64,000 nt of DNA from the human T2T-CHM13v2.0 reference genome, Homo sapiens. The notes beneath the pieces were generated by a model. It made no database searches. It had not been told where the DNA came from and was given only the letters and a program-made list of their open reading frames with translations. Below are positions 1-16,062 of this stretch, piece by piece. The position numbers and the translations under genes are program-made. Numbering within the stretch: the first letter of the stretch is position 1; every line of letters begins with the position of its first letter. The stretch lies in the NCBI RefSeq assembly GCF_009914755.1, contig NC_060926.1; one strand, written 5' to 3'.

Positions 1-1239
1 AAACACCAGTATTAAAACTAGTATAAATATTTGCTTGTTTATACAAGGAAAATTCAAGCTTGACCTAAAATTATATAGGAAAGAAAAGAAAAATTTTAAG
101 GGAGCTCTTTAACAACATAAACATATATATATACACACACACATATAACATGTATATATGTTATATGGGATAGATATAGATTTAACATGTTATATCTATA
201 TTTGTATCTGTAACTACAGCTGTATGTATCTACATTTCTATATATTTACTCTGATATAAATATAGACTGGAATAAATATAAAGGCACATATGATTCTTGG
301 ATTAAAAGGATTTAGTATCATAAAGACAAATTCTTTCCAAATTCACCTATGAATTCACAACAATATACAGTTTCATTAGTATAATTTAAAATTTTTAAAT
401 AAATTCCAAGATTCATTTAAAGGAATATACATATATACAAGCAGTCAAGAAAGAAGCAAGAGTGCACTAAACTAACTTGCTTTTAAAATACACTTTTAAA
501 CTTAGCAACTAAAACTGAGCAGTACTGATTTGGAGTACTGGAATTTAGGTATATGGGATCTCAAAAGCACAGAGCTCAAAGGAGACCGCTGTATGCACGA
601 GAGCTTAGGATGTGCTTTAGAAGGCATTACCAAACCACGGGAAAAGTTACTTTAGTGTCTTAGTCTTACTAGGTTTGAAAAGCCAGAAAAAAGACTCAAA
701 ACCACCATATAAGAGCAAAACAAAAGGACAGGGAGAGAATGTGAAGATACTGAAACATTTTACATAAAGTTGTATAAAACATCCTTTAAGGAAAATGTAA
801 AGTTTAGGATATTCATCAAAATCAGCAGAGCCACTAAATAAATAAATAGGCATTGTAAAATAGCAAGAGAAAATTTAAATGGATTTCTAAAAAATATTGA
901 CACCTATGATTTTTAAAATATGTTTAAGAAATCCCGTATTTCACAGGGCAGCCTTTCACAACACAGATATGTTAGGACATAAAGGTCTTTCTGTTTTTAA
1001 TTTACTAGTGTTTATAGGGTTACAAATGTCTTCTACCCTTGTCTTTTGTCTGATGGTGCAAAAAATTTTCATAAGCATGTATTTCTGAATGCCTGATGGA
1101 TTGACATATATAATATGCTGCTAGTATTAAAATATGTGACGGAAAACGCATCCAATCTTCTCACTGTTTACATAAATTCTAGGTTTCTCCTATTTACCTC
1201 AAGCACGTATGGAGCGAATTCTTACCTTGTAATATTGCC

Positions 1240-2330
1240 ATGGCATTCACATTGAACATAAGTTGAACTCTCTCATATGGTAGCTGGGTTCAGATTCCCT
1301 TGACAATTTCCAGTTCTAACCCTCACAGTTCCTCAGTGTGGCTGGCCCAGATATTGACCCTACACAGTTGCCTCCTCCTGGTGACTACCAGCTATGGAAC
1401 CGTTGGATACAACCTACCTGACTCACCCCACAGACCTCACAGCGCACATGGACAGCCCCCACACGCCAGAGCGACCTGCTCGGTTGCAGCGGGAGTCAAG
1501 AAATGTGCCTGCTGGCACTCACCCCACCGACTAGTGCCCCGTGGAAAACTTATTTGGGTAATGTTCTGGGCCCAATGAAGTCTGGAGTCCCACAGACCCT
1601 TTTCTCTCTCCAGCTCCCCACTCATCTTCCCCATTTTGTTCAGCCTTGTAAGGTGTGCTACTGTATTAGTCCATTTTCACACCGCCAGTAAAGACATGCC
1701 CAAGACTGGGTAATTTCCAGAAGAAAGAGGTTTAATAGACGCACAGTTCCACATAGCTGGGTAGGCCTCACAATCATGGTGCAAGGTGAAAGGCACGTCT
1801 CACATGGCAGCAGACAAGAAAAGAGAGCTTGTGCAGGGAAACTCCTCTTTGTAAAACCATCAGATCTTGTGAGACTTATTCACTATCAGAAGAACAGCAT
1901 GGGAAAGACCTGCCCCCACGATTCAATTTCCTCCCACCTGTTCCCTCCCACAACATGTGGGAATTCAAGATGAGATTTGGCTGGGGACACAGCTAAACCC
2001 TCTTCTCAGCTACCCTCTTCTCTCTGGATCTGTGAGTAATAAACCTACTTCTGTGATTTCCCATGTTTGTTCCTGTGGCCTCCATGTCTCTGATCTGACC
2101 TACACTGGAACCTAACTCTCCTCTTAGCCAGGGTCTCTGAGAGTGGCTCTTGTCAGAAATACACAGGACATAGGTCAGGCAACAGTCACCAGGCATCTCC
2201 TAGTCTCAACAGATGTTCTGTGAGAGGGAGGCCTGGTCGTGGGATGCGAACCTGGCCACTGCTGGGGCAAGGAAGTGCCCTATGAAAGGCACATGTTAAG
2301 CATCCACAACCCCCTGACCAGAACCCCAGA
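1240..2330. mobile_element. ERVL-class LTR (MER74/MER73/MER54-like), interrupted by a THE1 LTR
   Basis: LTR-like body with AATAAA at ~2038 and the motif gagagtggct...ggacataggtcag typical of this LTR group. Boundaries are approximate. Confidence 0.45.
1662..2008 (-). mobile_element. THE1 (MaLR) solo LTR with 5-bp target-site duplication
   Basis: Begins tgtattagtccattttcac and ends ...ggggacacagctaaacc...tca. It is flanked by GCTAC at 1657-1661 and 2009-2013. Confidence 0.9.
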
Positions 2331-3579
2331 AAGGCAGGGCTCCAATTGACAGTCACTCTCCAGAGACAAACCTCAAGCCCTAACTGCAGTAAAAGAAAAC
2401 AATGTAAAATGTTGAATTTATCTTACTATTTCAATGATCCAGTAAAGACATTCTATGCCTGTACACCACATATTTTCTTCAGTTGTGGATATATTTTAGA
2501 TAGAATTTTATGTCTGGCTTTCACTTTAGCCTGGTCCCTACCTCTAGCATAAGGTAAAGATTTTCCATGGGTTCTTTTCTGGTACTACTACCTGCCAGTG
2601 TGGGGTCATGTCCTAGTCTATCTCGAGGGAACCCCCCTGTTCATTGTTGTCAGAGTGAGACTGTTAAGTCTTGATTTCCCTGGACAACTTCACTCCATGA
2701 CTTTTAATATGATTTTTCAATATACCCTTTACTGGACAATAAATTATATCGTTATCTGAGTAAGAGATATGGTCAGGAAGAGGCATTGCCTCATTCAGCT
2801 TTTCTTTTTGGTGAACTCGCGTATGTTCTCCTCACCCGCCAGTCGCCCCTAAAACGTATTGTTCCAAGACAACAAACAGAACTCGAGTGTGTATCTTTCA
2901 CCACTGGATTTGTGTTTGCTCCATAAAGCTTCATGCTTAATAGGGTTTCTGTTAGCATTTTCTCTATTTATTTTCCCATAAAATATCACAGGCCTTCTTT
3001 CTATGGAATTATGGGTGATTTCCTTCAATCTGCATCATATAAAGTTGAAGTTCATGTTGATGGAGGGTAAAACATACGTTGAAAATATCAGTAATGATGT
3101 TTTCCCCTCCTTTTTAGCACCTGTGCTTGTGATACAAGCACATTGTGATACAAGCACAATGTAATACAATTGTAGTCTCATGCTTTGATCATTCCTATGA
3201 TGAAAATAACATTTTTAGATAATATGTCTGAGTTTTATGAGGCCTTTAGTATGTGATGTGATAGAATATCAGAAGACCATACTTTTTTCTAGTTTTCCAT
3301 GCAATTCTATCATTGTTTCATCTTTACTCCTACCAGAGTAATTTTCCAAAATAGATACCTTGTCATTCTTCCTGTTGTTATCAGTAAATAAGTGAAATGA
3401 AAAGCTAGATTATATAATTTATCTAGAACAAGAAAGTAGAATTGAATCTATATTCATTAATGAGACTAACCAGTCAATTACACAGATAGGCACTTTAGAT
3501 TTTGAAGATCATATGGACCCATTGTCAGAAATATTATTATTTATGTCTATATGGACATCATCTGTGCATATTTACATAG

Positions 3580-3903
<324 letters not shown>

Positions 3904-4894
3904 GGAAGCTGATTTTTAAAATACTGAGATCATATAGATGACAGCACCTGAAAAATAGACAACACCAAGCTTTATGTTAAAAGGTGTGAGGGTATCAATA
4001 TTGTTGTGGCTATTGGGGAGGAAAACATTAGTAAAACCAGTAAGTTAAAGCTCTTGCTTTAAACTTTGGCTTTAATTTAACAAATGTTCTATGGAGTGAC
4101 AGTATGTACGTAACCATGCTATGCCCATTCACAGATGCAGTAGAGGGAAGAATTTCTCAAAGACAACTGTTCTAAGACTCAAATTAATCCGTACTGGGTT
4201 TGAAAAGAGAAAGTCCAGGAATTACCCAATATTTTAGATATCAGATAAAAGAGAATGCCAGGTATGCGATGATAATCAGCAATGGTTGTTCACACAATAC
4301 ATCAAATCAGTATTTGAATTAGCTTTTGAATTACAAGGACAAATGGATCAAGTCTAGACTCTTTAGTAGATAAATCTTATTAGGCTGAGATGTGTTTTCC
4401 CCTGTTTTTCCACAAGGAGATTACAAATTTGCAAACCTCAGCTGCTCTCATTTTATGCTCTCACCAAGCCAAAAGCTGAAGTTCATCAATCAGTGTGTCT
4501 AAGTGTTCACTGGTTATATACCATTTTGTAGTTTCAGCTATCTTTCCAACTTCCTAAATCATCACCTTCATTTGATCTTGTTTTTTTTCCACTATCACTT
4601 CTTTATTGACCATATAAAGAATATAAGTAAGTTCTTATTTTGCTATTGTTCATTTCGGTCTAATTTCATCAAAATATCACAATCTTTTAATTTCATTTTA
4701 ATTTCAAAGATTAAATGAAACCTACATAGAAATGAGTGTAAGATTTGCATTTGCATTATTTTGGCATCAATTTGCTATCCTCCCTCATGCACATAGAGAT
4801 CATTTCCATGTATGTGATTTCAAACATCCAAGTGCAGTATTAAAAGCAGTTGTAAATTATGGTTCTCATTTTCATGATACAATTACAGTATAAA

Positions 4895-5710
<816 letters not shown>

Positions 5711-5799
5711 GCAGACATAATCTATTTACCTGCAGATTAAAGCGTTCTTTATTTTTCTGTTTCCCTCTCTTAATTTTTTTAAACTAATATGAATTGTAG

Positions 5800-6420
5800 T
5801 AAAGAGAAAGAAAGAAAACAAAGAAAGAAAAAGAAGGAAGGAAGGAAATAAAGAAAGAAGAAAGAAAAGAAGGAGGAAATGAGGGAAGGAAGGGAGGGAG
5901 GGAGGAAGGGAGAAAGGCAGGAAGGGAGAAAAAAGAAAGCATGAACACAAGAAAGAAAGAAGGAAAGAAAGAAAGAGAAAGAGAGAGAGAAAGAGAGAAA
6001 GAAAGAAAGAAAGAAAGGAAAGGAGGAAGGAAAGGAGGAAGAGAGAATGGCAAAAGGGAGGAAGACAAAGAAACAAAGAAAATAAAGAGGCAAAGGAAGG
6101 AAAAAGAGGAAAGGAAGTGAGGGAGGAAGGAAGAAAAGGAGGGCAGGAGGAAGGGAGAAAAAAGGGAAGAAAGCAAGAACGTGAGAAAGAAAGAAAGAAT
6201 ATGAGAAAAGAAGGAAGAAAAGGGAGGGAGAAAGGAAGGGAGGGAGGAGGGAAGGAAGAATAAGAGGAAAGAAAGAAAGAAGAAAAGAAGGAAGGAAGGA
6301 GAAAAAAGAAAAGAAAGGAAAAGCAAAAAGGAAAGAAAAGGAAGAGGAAAAGAAGAAAGGAAGGAAGAAGCAAGGGAAGGGAAGAGAAAGGAAGACGGAA
6401 AGAAGGAAGCAAGAACGCAA
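5800..6420 (+). repeat. GA-rich polypurine low-complexity tract (GAAA/GGAA)
   Basis: About 620 bp that is almost entirely A and G. It explains the F/L/S/P-rich ORFs on the minus strand. Confidence 0.97.
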
Positions 6421-6479
6421 ATATTAGAAATTCTGCGTTTGTTAAAGAATATGCCATACTGTTTTTTTTTTTTTTCACT

Positions 6480-7300
6480 TGAAAGAGTATCTGCCATTGA
6501 AGATTGGATGTCTTGTTGGTGATATTGTTGTTCTTATCTTCCACATGATTACTGAGTTTGTGCCTAGTCTTTCCATTACTAAGACAAAAGTGTTGAAGTC
6601 TGTAAATATAATTTTGGATTTTTCTAGTTCACCTTTGATTTCTTTCATGTTTTACCTCATGTATTTGGAGGTTCTGTTGTTAGCTGCATACCCTAATTAG
6701 TAGGATGTTTACATCTTCTTGAGAACGGATTATTCTATTATCTATTATCTCTCATCTCTGATACTATTGCTTGTTCCGAACTCTGTTGTGTCTAATATCA
6801 ATGTAGTCCTTCCACAGCTTTATTTTAGTGTTTCCATGATATGGCTTTCTCCATATCTTGATGAAAACCTATTTATATCTCTAAATATTTGGAGCAAGAT
6901 ATAAAACTTAGACTTGATTTTTTAAAGATTTTTCAAGATGTAATTCTTATTTCTTTTTGTTCTATTTGACATTCTCTGAGTTTCCTATATTTGAAGTTTG
7001 ATTTTCTGTCACTTCTTTTAGAATATTTTTGGCAGTTATTTTGAAAAATATTTCTTTTGCTCCATTACTTTTCCCTCTTTTCTTTTTGGGATTTCAATCA
7101 TAACTAGAGTAGGTAATTTCATCTCAGTCTTATGCAGGTACTTTTTCTCAGGGTCTCAGGAATGTAGCATTCTCACACTTCTGTTCTTTTCCTGGCTGTG
7201 TTGGTGAGCTCAGTGATATTCCTCCTTCACCTTCAAGAGCAGTTTTGTTTTGTTTTTCCTGTTTTCATACTCCCAGCATCAGGAGTATTCTAAGTGTGGC
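6480..7300 (-). mobile_element. Old L1M fragments
   Basis: T-rich antisense L1 ORF2-like text (gtatttggaggttctgttgttagctgcata; tctaatatcaatgtag). Confidence 0.5.
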
Positions 7301-7329
7301 AGTTTTTCTTGCCTTCCCCTACATATTAA

Positions 7330-7615
7330 GTGTGATATCTTGGTCTGTTTGGACTCTTTTAACAAAATAACATAAACTGGGTGACTAAAAAACAGCAGAT
7401 ATTTCTTTTTTCACACCTCTTGAGGCTGTAAGATCTCAGGCCAAGATGCTCACAAATTCAGTGTTGATGAGAGCCAATTTCCTGGTTCATAGATGGTGCC
7501 TTCTTTCTATGTCCTCACATATTGGAAGGCACACAAGAACTCCATTGAGCTTCTTTTATAAAGGCACTAATCCCATTCATAAGGGCTCGGCCCCCAAGAC
7601 CTGGTCACCTCCTAA
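7330..7615 (-). mobile_element. MLT1/MST-type MaLR LTR fragment
   Basis: aacaaaataacataaactgggtgactaaaaaac ... aaggcactaatcccattcataagggctc motifs. Confidence 0.65.
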
Positions 7616-8459
7616 GTGTTCTGCTCTCCCTGATCTGTGTCATATACAGACTCTCTTGGATTCCTTACCAATTGCTTGAGAGATCGCAGTGGGTTTGTGG
7701 GGAAAAAGTTTTCAAGATGATGGATCTTTCCCAACTTCTGCAGCTGTCAGCGGTCTCCCAATCTCACCAGCCCCACTTTGCTTTAGGAATTTATTGATTA
7801 TTCCAGCTTTACTTGTCATAGTGGTGTCTATTTGCATCTGTCCTATGTAAGTGCATCTGTCCTCTTTCTCCTTGCAGGTGCTTGTTTTCCCTCACATTTT
7901 GACTCAGTTCTTGGCAACCTCGTTGCTATAAAAATAAAGTGATGACTTTGAAGTTAGTTTGGTTCTTTCATTGTTGTCAGGTTAGGAACCCTATTCCTTC
8001 CCAGATCTCCAAAACCCAGACTTTTTGGGGGTTTGAAATTTTAGGCTTTGTCTTTGAATTGTAGTTTTATCTTCTTTCAGCTACCATTTGCATTTTCATA
8101 ATGATTAATGAGACTAAGCTTTTTTTGTGTAGTTGACTGTACCTTTGGATTTTTTTCCCAAATACCTTTTTATTTCTTCTTTTCTTTATGGTTTTAGAAA
8201 ATGTAGTTTACATAATTGCAGCTTGATTTTTTACTCAGTTAATGGCATGCTTAATGGAGAGAAAAAATATTAAATATATTTCCCTTTTTAATTACTGTGC
8301 TTTTTCCTTTTTTAAGGAAATGCTTCATTATGTTAAATTTCAGTGTTATTCTACTTAGCTATTCCTTAAATATTATAGTATTTTGGATTTCACATGTAAA
8401 TTTGTAACATATCTTGAGTTTATTATGTATAGAGTAAGGCTATTTTCTCTTTTTTGTTT

Positions 8460-8900
8460 TTTAAGGTAAAAATCACATAATACAAAAGTAATAACAACCA
8501 TTTTAAAGCATACAATGCACTTGCTTTTAGTATATTCACCATGTTCCAGGGCAATTTCATCATGTCCCTTACAAAAACCCATTATGCATAAAGTGGTTAC
8601 ACCCTATTCTGCTTCCCTGAGCCCTAATGACCACTAATCTGATTTATATCCCAATTGATTTGCCAATTCCTGATGTTTCATGTGAATCAAATCAAGTAAT
8701 ATTTGTCCTTTTGTGCACTTAACATAATGCTTTCAAATTTCACCAATATTATACCATATATAAGTACTTCATTCTTCGTTATAGCTGAAAATTGGGTGTC
8801 CCTTTATGAGTCAACAAGCATATGGATTGTTTCCACTTTTTGACTGTATGAATATTACTGCTGTAAATATTCATGCACATGTTTATTTTCTGAGCACCTA
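8460..8900 (-). mobile_element. L1M 3' end fragment
   Basis: accactaatctgattt, gtacttcattcttcgttatagctgaa and ggattgtttccacttttt are L1MB/MC 3'-UTR motifs. Confidence 0.65.
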
Positions 8901-8904
8901 TGTT

Positions 8905-10375
<1,471 letters not shown>

Positions 10376-10379
10376 TATG

Positions 10380-10798
10380 AGCTAAATTGTTTCCTCTATA
10401 TAGATGCTGAAATTCTAACCACTGAATATGACCTCATTAGGAAATAGGTTATTTGCAGCTGATCAAGTTAAGATACAATCAGATGAGCCTGAATTCAATA
10501 TGACTGATGTCCTTATTAAAAGAAGAAATTTGAGTAGAGGGAGACATACACACAGGGAGAGTACCATGTGATTATGAGGGCAGAGATTAGCCAAGGAATG
10601 CCAAAGACTGCCACTAAACCACCAGAAGCGAGAAACAAGGCACAGAACAGGCTTTCTCTCATAGCCCTTGAAGGGACCATCCCTGCTGACACCTCAATCT
10701 CAGACTTTTAGCTTCCAGGACTATAAGACTATAAATGTATGCTGTTCAAGGCACTCAGTTTGTGTTAGTTGGTTATGGCAGCCCTAGAAAACTAATAC
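10380..10798 (+). mobile_element. MLT1 (MaLR) LTR
   Basis: gactgatgtccttattaaaagaag ... gttatggcagccctagaaaactaataca end motif. Confidence 0.8.
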
Positions 10799-10849
10799 AT
10801 GAACTAATAACAAAGCATAATAACATGAAGCAAAAATTGACAAAAGAGG

Positions 10850-12400
10850 AGCATCAGCAAAATGGCAGTGGAGACAGCTGCAATCTGTCATTTCCCCACA
10901 GAAACATCACACAACTAAGAGAAACTGTCCGAACAAACTTTGCCAAAACTCTGGAAAATGGTCAAAAGATTACAACAACCAAGTGAAAGCAGACTCAAGA
11001 AAAAGACAACTGGAAAACTTTACGACATTTTAAACTTGTCTTTGCCCCAGCAAATTGGCAGTTTTGAAGTGTCAGAAGCCCACGTTCCCAGTGAGGAAGC
11101 CTGGTCCATGGTCCAAAGGAACAAGAGAAGATCTTACCCGCAAGTTATTATGTGTCTGTTCTGACTGGTCTGGGGGATACCTAAAGGACTCATGAAAGGC
11201 TTTTTTTTCTGTGTTGCTTGAATACAGAACAGATAAGGAATGGACATTATTAAGAAACTCTGCAAGGAGACTTAACAAACCACAGATGCTTAGGGCAAAA
11301 ATTAAAGTTTACGCATATAGTAGATCACCTTCAGCACAGTAAGAAAAGGTGGAGAAGCGTATTTCAAAAAAAGACACACAAAATCATTCACGTACATGGG
11401 AGAGTCTGGAAAGTCACATGTATTCATAGGTTAAGCCACATGCTGACAAATGTCATAAGAAGACCCTACACTTTCACCTTGGCCGATCCCTCCCCTCAGT
11501 GCAAGCTCTGTGCAAGAGTGAACTTGAACTTCACTCAGTGCAAGAGTGAACACACACTTTGTGCCGGCTTTAAAGAACCCAGCACAAAGCCAGTCTGCAT
11601 GGCCTAGAGACATATTTTGCTGGACAATGATTACTTGTTTTCCTTTTTGTTTTTCTTGTATTTGCCTGTTTGATTGGTTCCTGACATACAAGAAAATCAC
11701 TGTCAAAACATTAGCTTAACATTTGTTAAGGAAACAAAAAGACTTCGGTGACCACACCTTATAAAGCAAACAGTTTTGTAAATCACTTTGGAAAATTTCA
11801 CTAAAAAAAAAAAAAATCCTTAACAATATAATAAGTAAAGAAAATTTAAAACCACAAAACATTACTGTGTTTGTAGGGGGTGTTCGATTTGCAGAGTAAC
11901 CACTTAGTAATTATAGTTATTAGAATGTCCAGTTTTCAAAAAACGTTACAAGGCATACAAAGAATGGGAAAGTGTGGCTCATTCAAAGGAACAAAATAAA
12001 TTGACAGAAAATATCCCTAAGGAAACCCAGACATCAAACTTACTAGACAAAGACTTTAAAACAACTCTCTTCATTATACTCAAATGTCAAAAGGAAAACA
12101 TAATCAAAGAAATAAAGGAATCAGAAAAAAATATTAAAAAGCAGGAATATCAGCAAAGAGATAACAGAAATTCTGGAATGGAAAACTACAATGATAAAAA
12201 TTTCAAAATCACCAGAGGGATTTAAGAGTCTATTTGCACACACAGAAGAAGCCATGAACTTGAAGAGAAGATAATGGAAAATACTGACTCTGAGAAACAG
12301 AAAGAATAAAAAATAAACAATGAGCAGAGACTAATGAATCTGTGGGACATCATCAAATAGACCAACATTCATATTCTAGAAGGATAAATTATGTTATTAA
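10850..12400 (+). mobile_element. Old L1M 5'UTR/ORF1 fragment
   Basis: aaaatggcag start; ttactagacaaagactttaaaacaact and gaatctgtgggacatcatcaaatagaccaacattcat are decayed ORF1. ORF 11974-12225 is its remnant. Confidence 0.6.
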
Positions 12401-12407
12401 AAAGTTT

Positions 12408-12560
12408 ACCCTTCTTTCTTTTCACCTTTCTTCCTTCCTCCTTCCCCCTCCTCTTTACTTTTCTTCCTCTTCCTTTGTCTTCTTCTTTCTCGCCTTCATT
12501 ATCCCTTTCGCTGTTTCTCTTTCTCCCTTTCTCTTTTTTCTTTTCTTTCAATTTTCTCAA
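12408..12560 (+). repeat. CT-rich polypyrimidine tract
   Basis: About 150 bp of mostly C and T. Confidence 0.9.
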
Positions 12561-15500
12561 TTACTAAGAGATGTTTAAGTACCCTTACCCTGTTAGTAGA
12601 TACGGTTATTTCTCCCTTTAGTTCTCTTTTGAGATTTATAGTCACTCTAAGTAAAGAGATAACCCAAACATAAGCGTCACCAACAGGCTTTCATACCATT
12701 CTTAATTTGGTCCTGTAATTCTTCATTGCTGTATTAACTTTCTGATGCTTTTAAGGATGTTTTATAACAAATTGTTTAGTTTTTTCCACTGGAATGTTTA
12801 TTCTGAATTATCTAATTCATATTGTAAGTATAGAGGGAGTTTAATATGAAATTATTAAACTAATATTTGTGAAAGAATGTATTTGTGCATTCAACAAATA
12901 TGTTAATCATCAGACTGTTATTGGGCAGCTGAGCATACAGGAATAAAAATAACACAATTTTTATGTGCACAATATTTATGGAATGCGTTACTGGACCAAA
13001 TAAATAATTTAGTTAATAACATGACAAAGAACAGAAATTGTATACACTGTAGAGCATAGTAATGGAATAATGAATGATTAAAGTTATTAATATTAGGTAG
13101 AAAATGAAGGGTATCTTTGAGAGCAGAACTCAAGGAAGCAAGCAATTCACCTTATGAGGAAAGAGTTACCTGTGGATAAAGGAGAAACTGAAAAATTTAC
13201 AAGTCAAGACTTTTTGAGCAAAAGCAAAAATATGACTATTAGTCACCAATTCAGTAGAGTGAAAAAAAAAGTTGAAGAGATATCTTGGAAGTAAACCATG
13301 TTGTGGAAGAGCATGTAGGGTTTTGATAATCATGGGATGATTCTGAATTAATTTTAAATGCGATAGGAATATATGAGATAATTTCACCAGAGAATAACAT
13401 GATTGTGTTTGCATTTCAAAGGGGTGTATCTGGTGCACTGTGTAGAATAAATAGGTTATGTGAGCAAATAAATTGGGAGGCTACTCTAATCCAGAGAAAA
13501 AAGGTAGTGACTTAGGTGAGAATGCTGTCAGGATGAGTGGTAGTAGTGGTGAGAAGTCGTTAGGCCATGGATGTATTTCATAGGACTGGCCAAGAGAACT
13601 GCAGCTAAATTGGAGTGTAGGGAGTGAAATGGAGAACTCAAAGATGACTCTCAGCACTGGAAGGTGACAGCTGTCACTGAAGCATGCTGATGCCTCTTAT
13701 TAAGAGAGTTACGTGGGAATGGCAAGATCAAAACTTCTCACTTTCAAATTTATGAAAAAATATTGTTTTCAGAACGAATGACTTTGGGATCAGAAAGCCA
13801 CCATTCTAATTGATGGTTCCACGACTACACGGGCTCACACTCCCAAGAGCAAAAGTAAATCATCACAAAGGTGCTTCTTGATAATTCTAGAGAATGGAGA
13901 ATTACTGTAACATCTTTCTGATTTTAGGAGAGGTAGCAGTTCCCTTTTTAGCCAAAACGCTATTTTTTTTTAAAGCTCAGCCAAGAGACTCCATTATAAT
14001 TTTCAAATGTGTGTAACTTAAATTCTCATATGAAATACCACTATGCTTAAATTAGTCAAAACATTTTCCCCATCTACAACTCTATCTTGTCACTGCAATC
14101 ATTTTCACAAGAGTGACTGCAGCTCACAGACCCTAAAAAGGAGAAAATCCAGGGTAGGTTATCTGATCTAGTTAGTTTCGAAGACAGGATCTAGAGATTA
14201 TTTAATATGAAATAGGTCACCTGAAATGAAGTGTTTACTGAAAACAGCTTGGATCTGCCCAGTTTTCTACCACTGAACCATGCATTTGGTTTAAAAAACA
14301 CAACAACTCTGGGGAATACCGGCTGCTTCCAACTGTGTTGAAGGTGTTAAAGAAAAGAGCATAAAATTAAAAATGATCATCTGAGGCCTTTATAGTCTCT
14401 GCTCAAGAGACAAGAGTCTTCCATTCTTAACAAAACACCCAAATATCTTAATAATTGGGCAAAATCTAAATATCAGAGATAATTTTATCTTGAGGATTGT
14501 TAAATTATAATGGTGATTCACTACCTCGCCACGTCTCTGAGTCAAAAATTAGGTTTTTGTTTAGGAATCAATGGTACTCTGCAACTTGGAAATAGGAAGA
14601 TTTTAGAAGACTCAAACATTGACTTTCTTGTGTGCAAAAAAAAAAAAGACGTATTGAGATAAGACAAGTCTTTCCTTGCAAGGATACCTCTAATGCTCAT
14701 ACACCACCTCCCCTAACATTAATACAGCTTCCAGGTCACTAACCAGTGTCAGAGAGCAGCCCATGCAACTAGAAATTCAAAAGATGTCGAACATAGGGTC
14801 AAGCCTAGAATAAGAAGTCTTAGCTAATTAAGTATGCTTTTTTCCTGAAATTCATATTAACAAAAACTTGGATATGTCAGAGAATGCATTCTAAGTTCAC
14901 TCAACCTAGGAGGGAGAAACATAATTTTAAATTAAGAGCTGAAGCATTCTTGTCCTAACAGAAAGCAAGGAAAACGAAATATCACACCACAGGAGGGATT
15001 TCACAAATTAGTGTCAACATCAAAACCTTAAAATAGGCAAGGAGAATGCAGATTCACAATGAACTCCTGTACTTGTTTTGTTCAGAGAAGAGATGGTTCT
15101 GAGAGAACGACAGTGAACCAACCCCAGCTGGTTTAGTTGGTGCTTTCAACTGCTGCTTCTGATCAACTCCTTTAGCTAGAATAAATTGATGAGGATTTTG
15201 GCTTGTGGTATTAGAGATAGTTATTAATTTTTTCCTCTTATTTGCATTGTTCAATGTAGTAAATACTAGCTGCTACTTCAATTCAAATTAATTACAATGA
15301 AATATACTTAAATGTTGAATTTTTTAGTCACTGTTGGTTCATTATTGAATATCTTCAGCTAAGATTTCCCATCTAAATACACTTAAGAGGTGGCTTAGTT
15401 AACTGGTCGTCCACAAATATTGAAGCTGTTGTTAACTCCTGATATATTCTCTGAAAAGAGAATATTCATGAGCCTCCTCCTGAAATCAGCAGCCTAGAGA

Positions 15501-16062
15501 TAGTTTTATAAATTGGATACAAGTTGGAAATCTATATACTCTTTCAGTTTTTGAAATATTAGCTTCCCAGGGAAGAAAATCAAATTCATAAGATATGTTA
15601 GGACAATTTAACTCAAGATGTTCAAAACTGAAATGACATGTTCTACAATATGTGATAAAACCAACCCCTAACAACTTAAAGCAAAACAGGGATTGACCTT
15701 AAAGACCTGCCTTTTCCTCATGCCCCAGCCAATCAGTTTTCAAATCTTGCATTTTATTTTGAAAGGTCCTTATCCCCCTGGTCTCTTGTTTCTAGACTTC
15801 GCACATATTTAAGTTTGTTACCTCTACTGTCTTTCCTCTTTTCAAACAGTATCTATGCCTGCCAAATGTGAACATACAAAAAACAAATCAGAATATGCCA
15901 TTCTGATTTAAACTGCTTATTAGTTAATACCCTCAAGATAACATCTGGGTTCTTAGCTGCAATGAGTCAAGCTTACATCTTTTTTTGTCTTTGGCTGCAC
16001 ATTTCCTATCACATCACACTCCAGCAATACCAAGCTGTGCCGTCCTTCTACCCCATCTCCAC

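Noticed and set aside
5726-6544. F/L/S/P-rich ORFs of 213-272 aa
   Set aside because: Translation of the GA tract.
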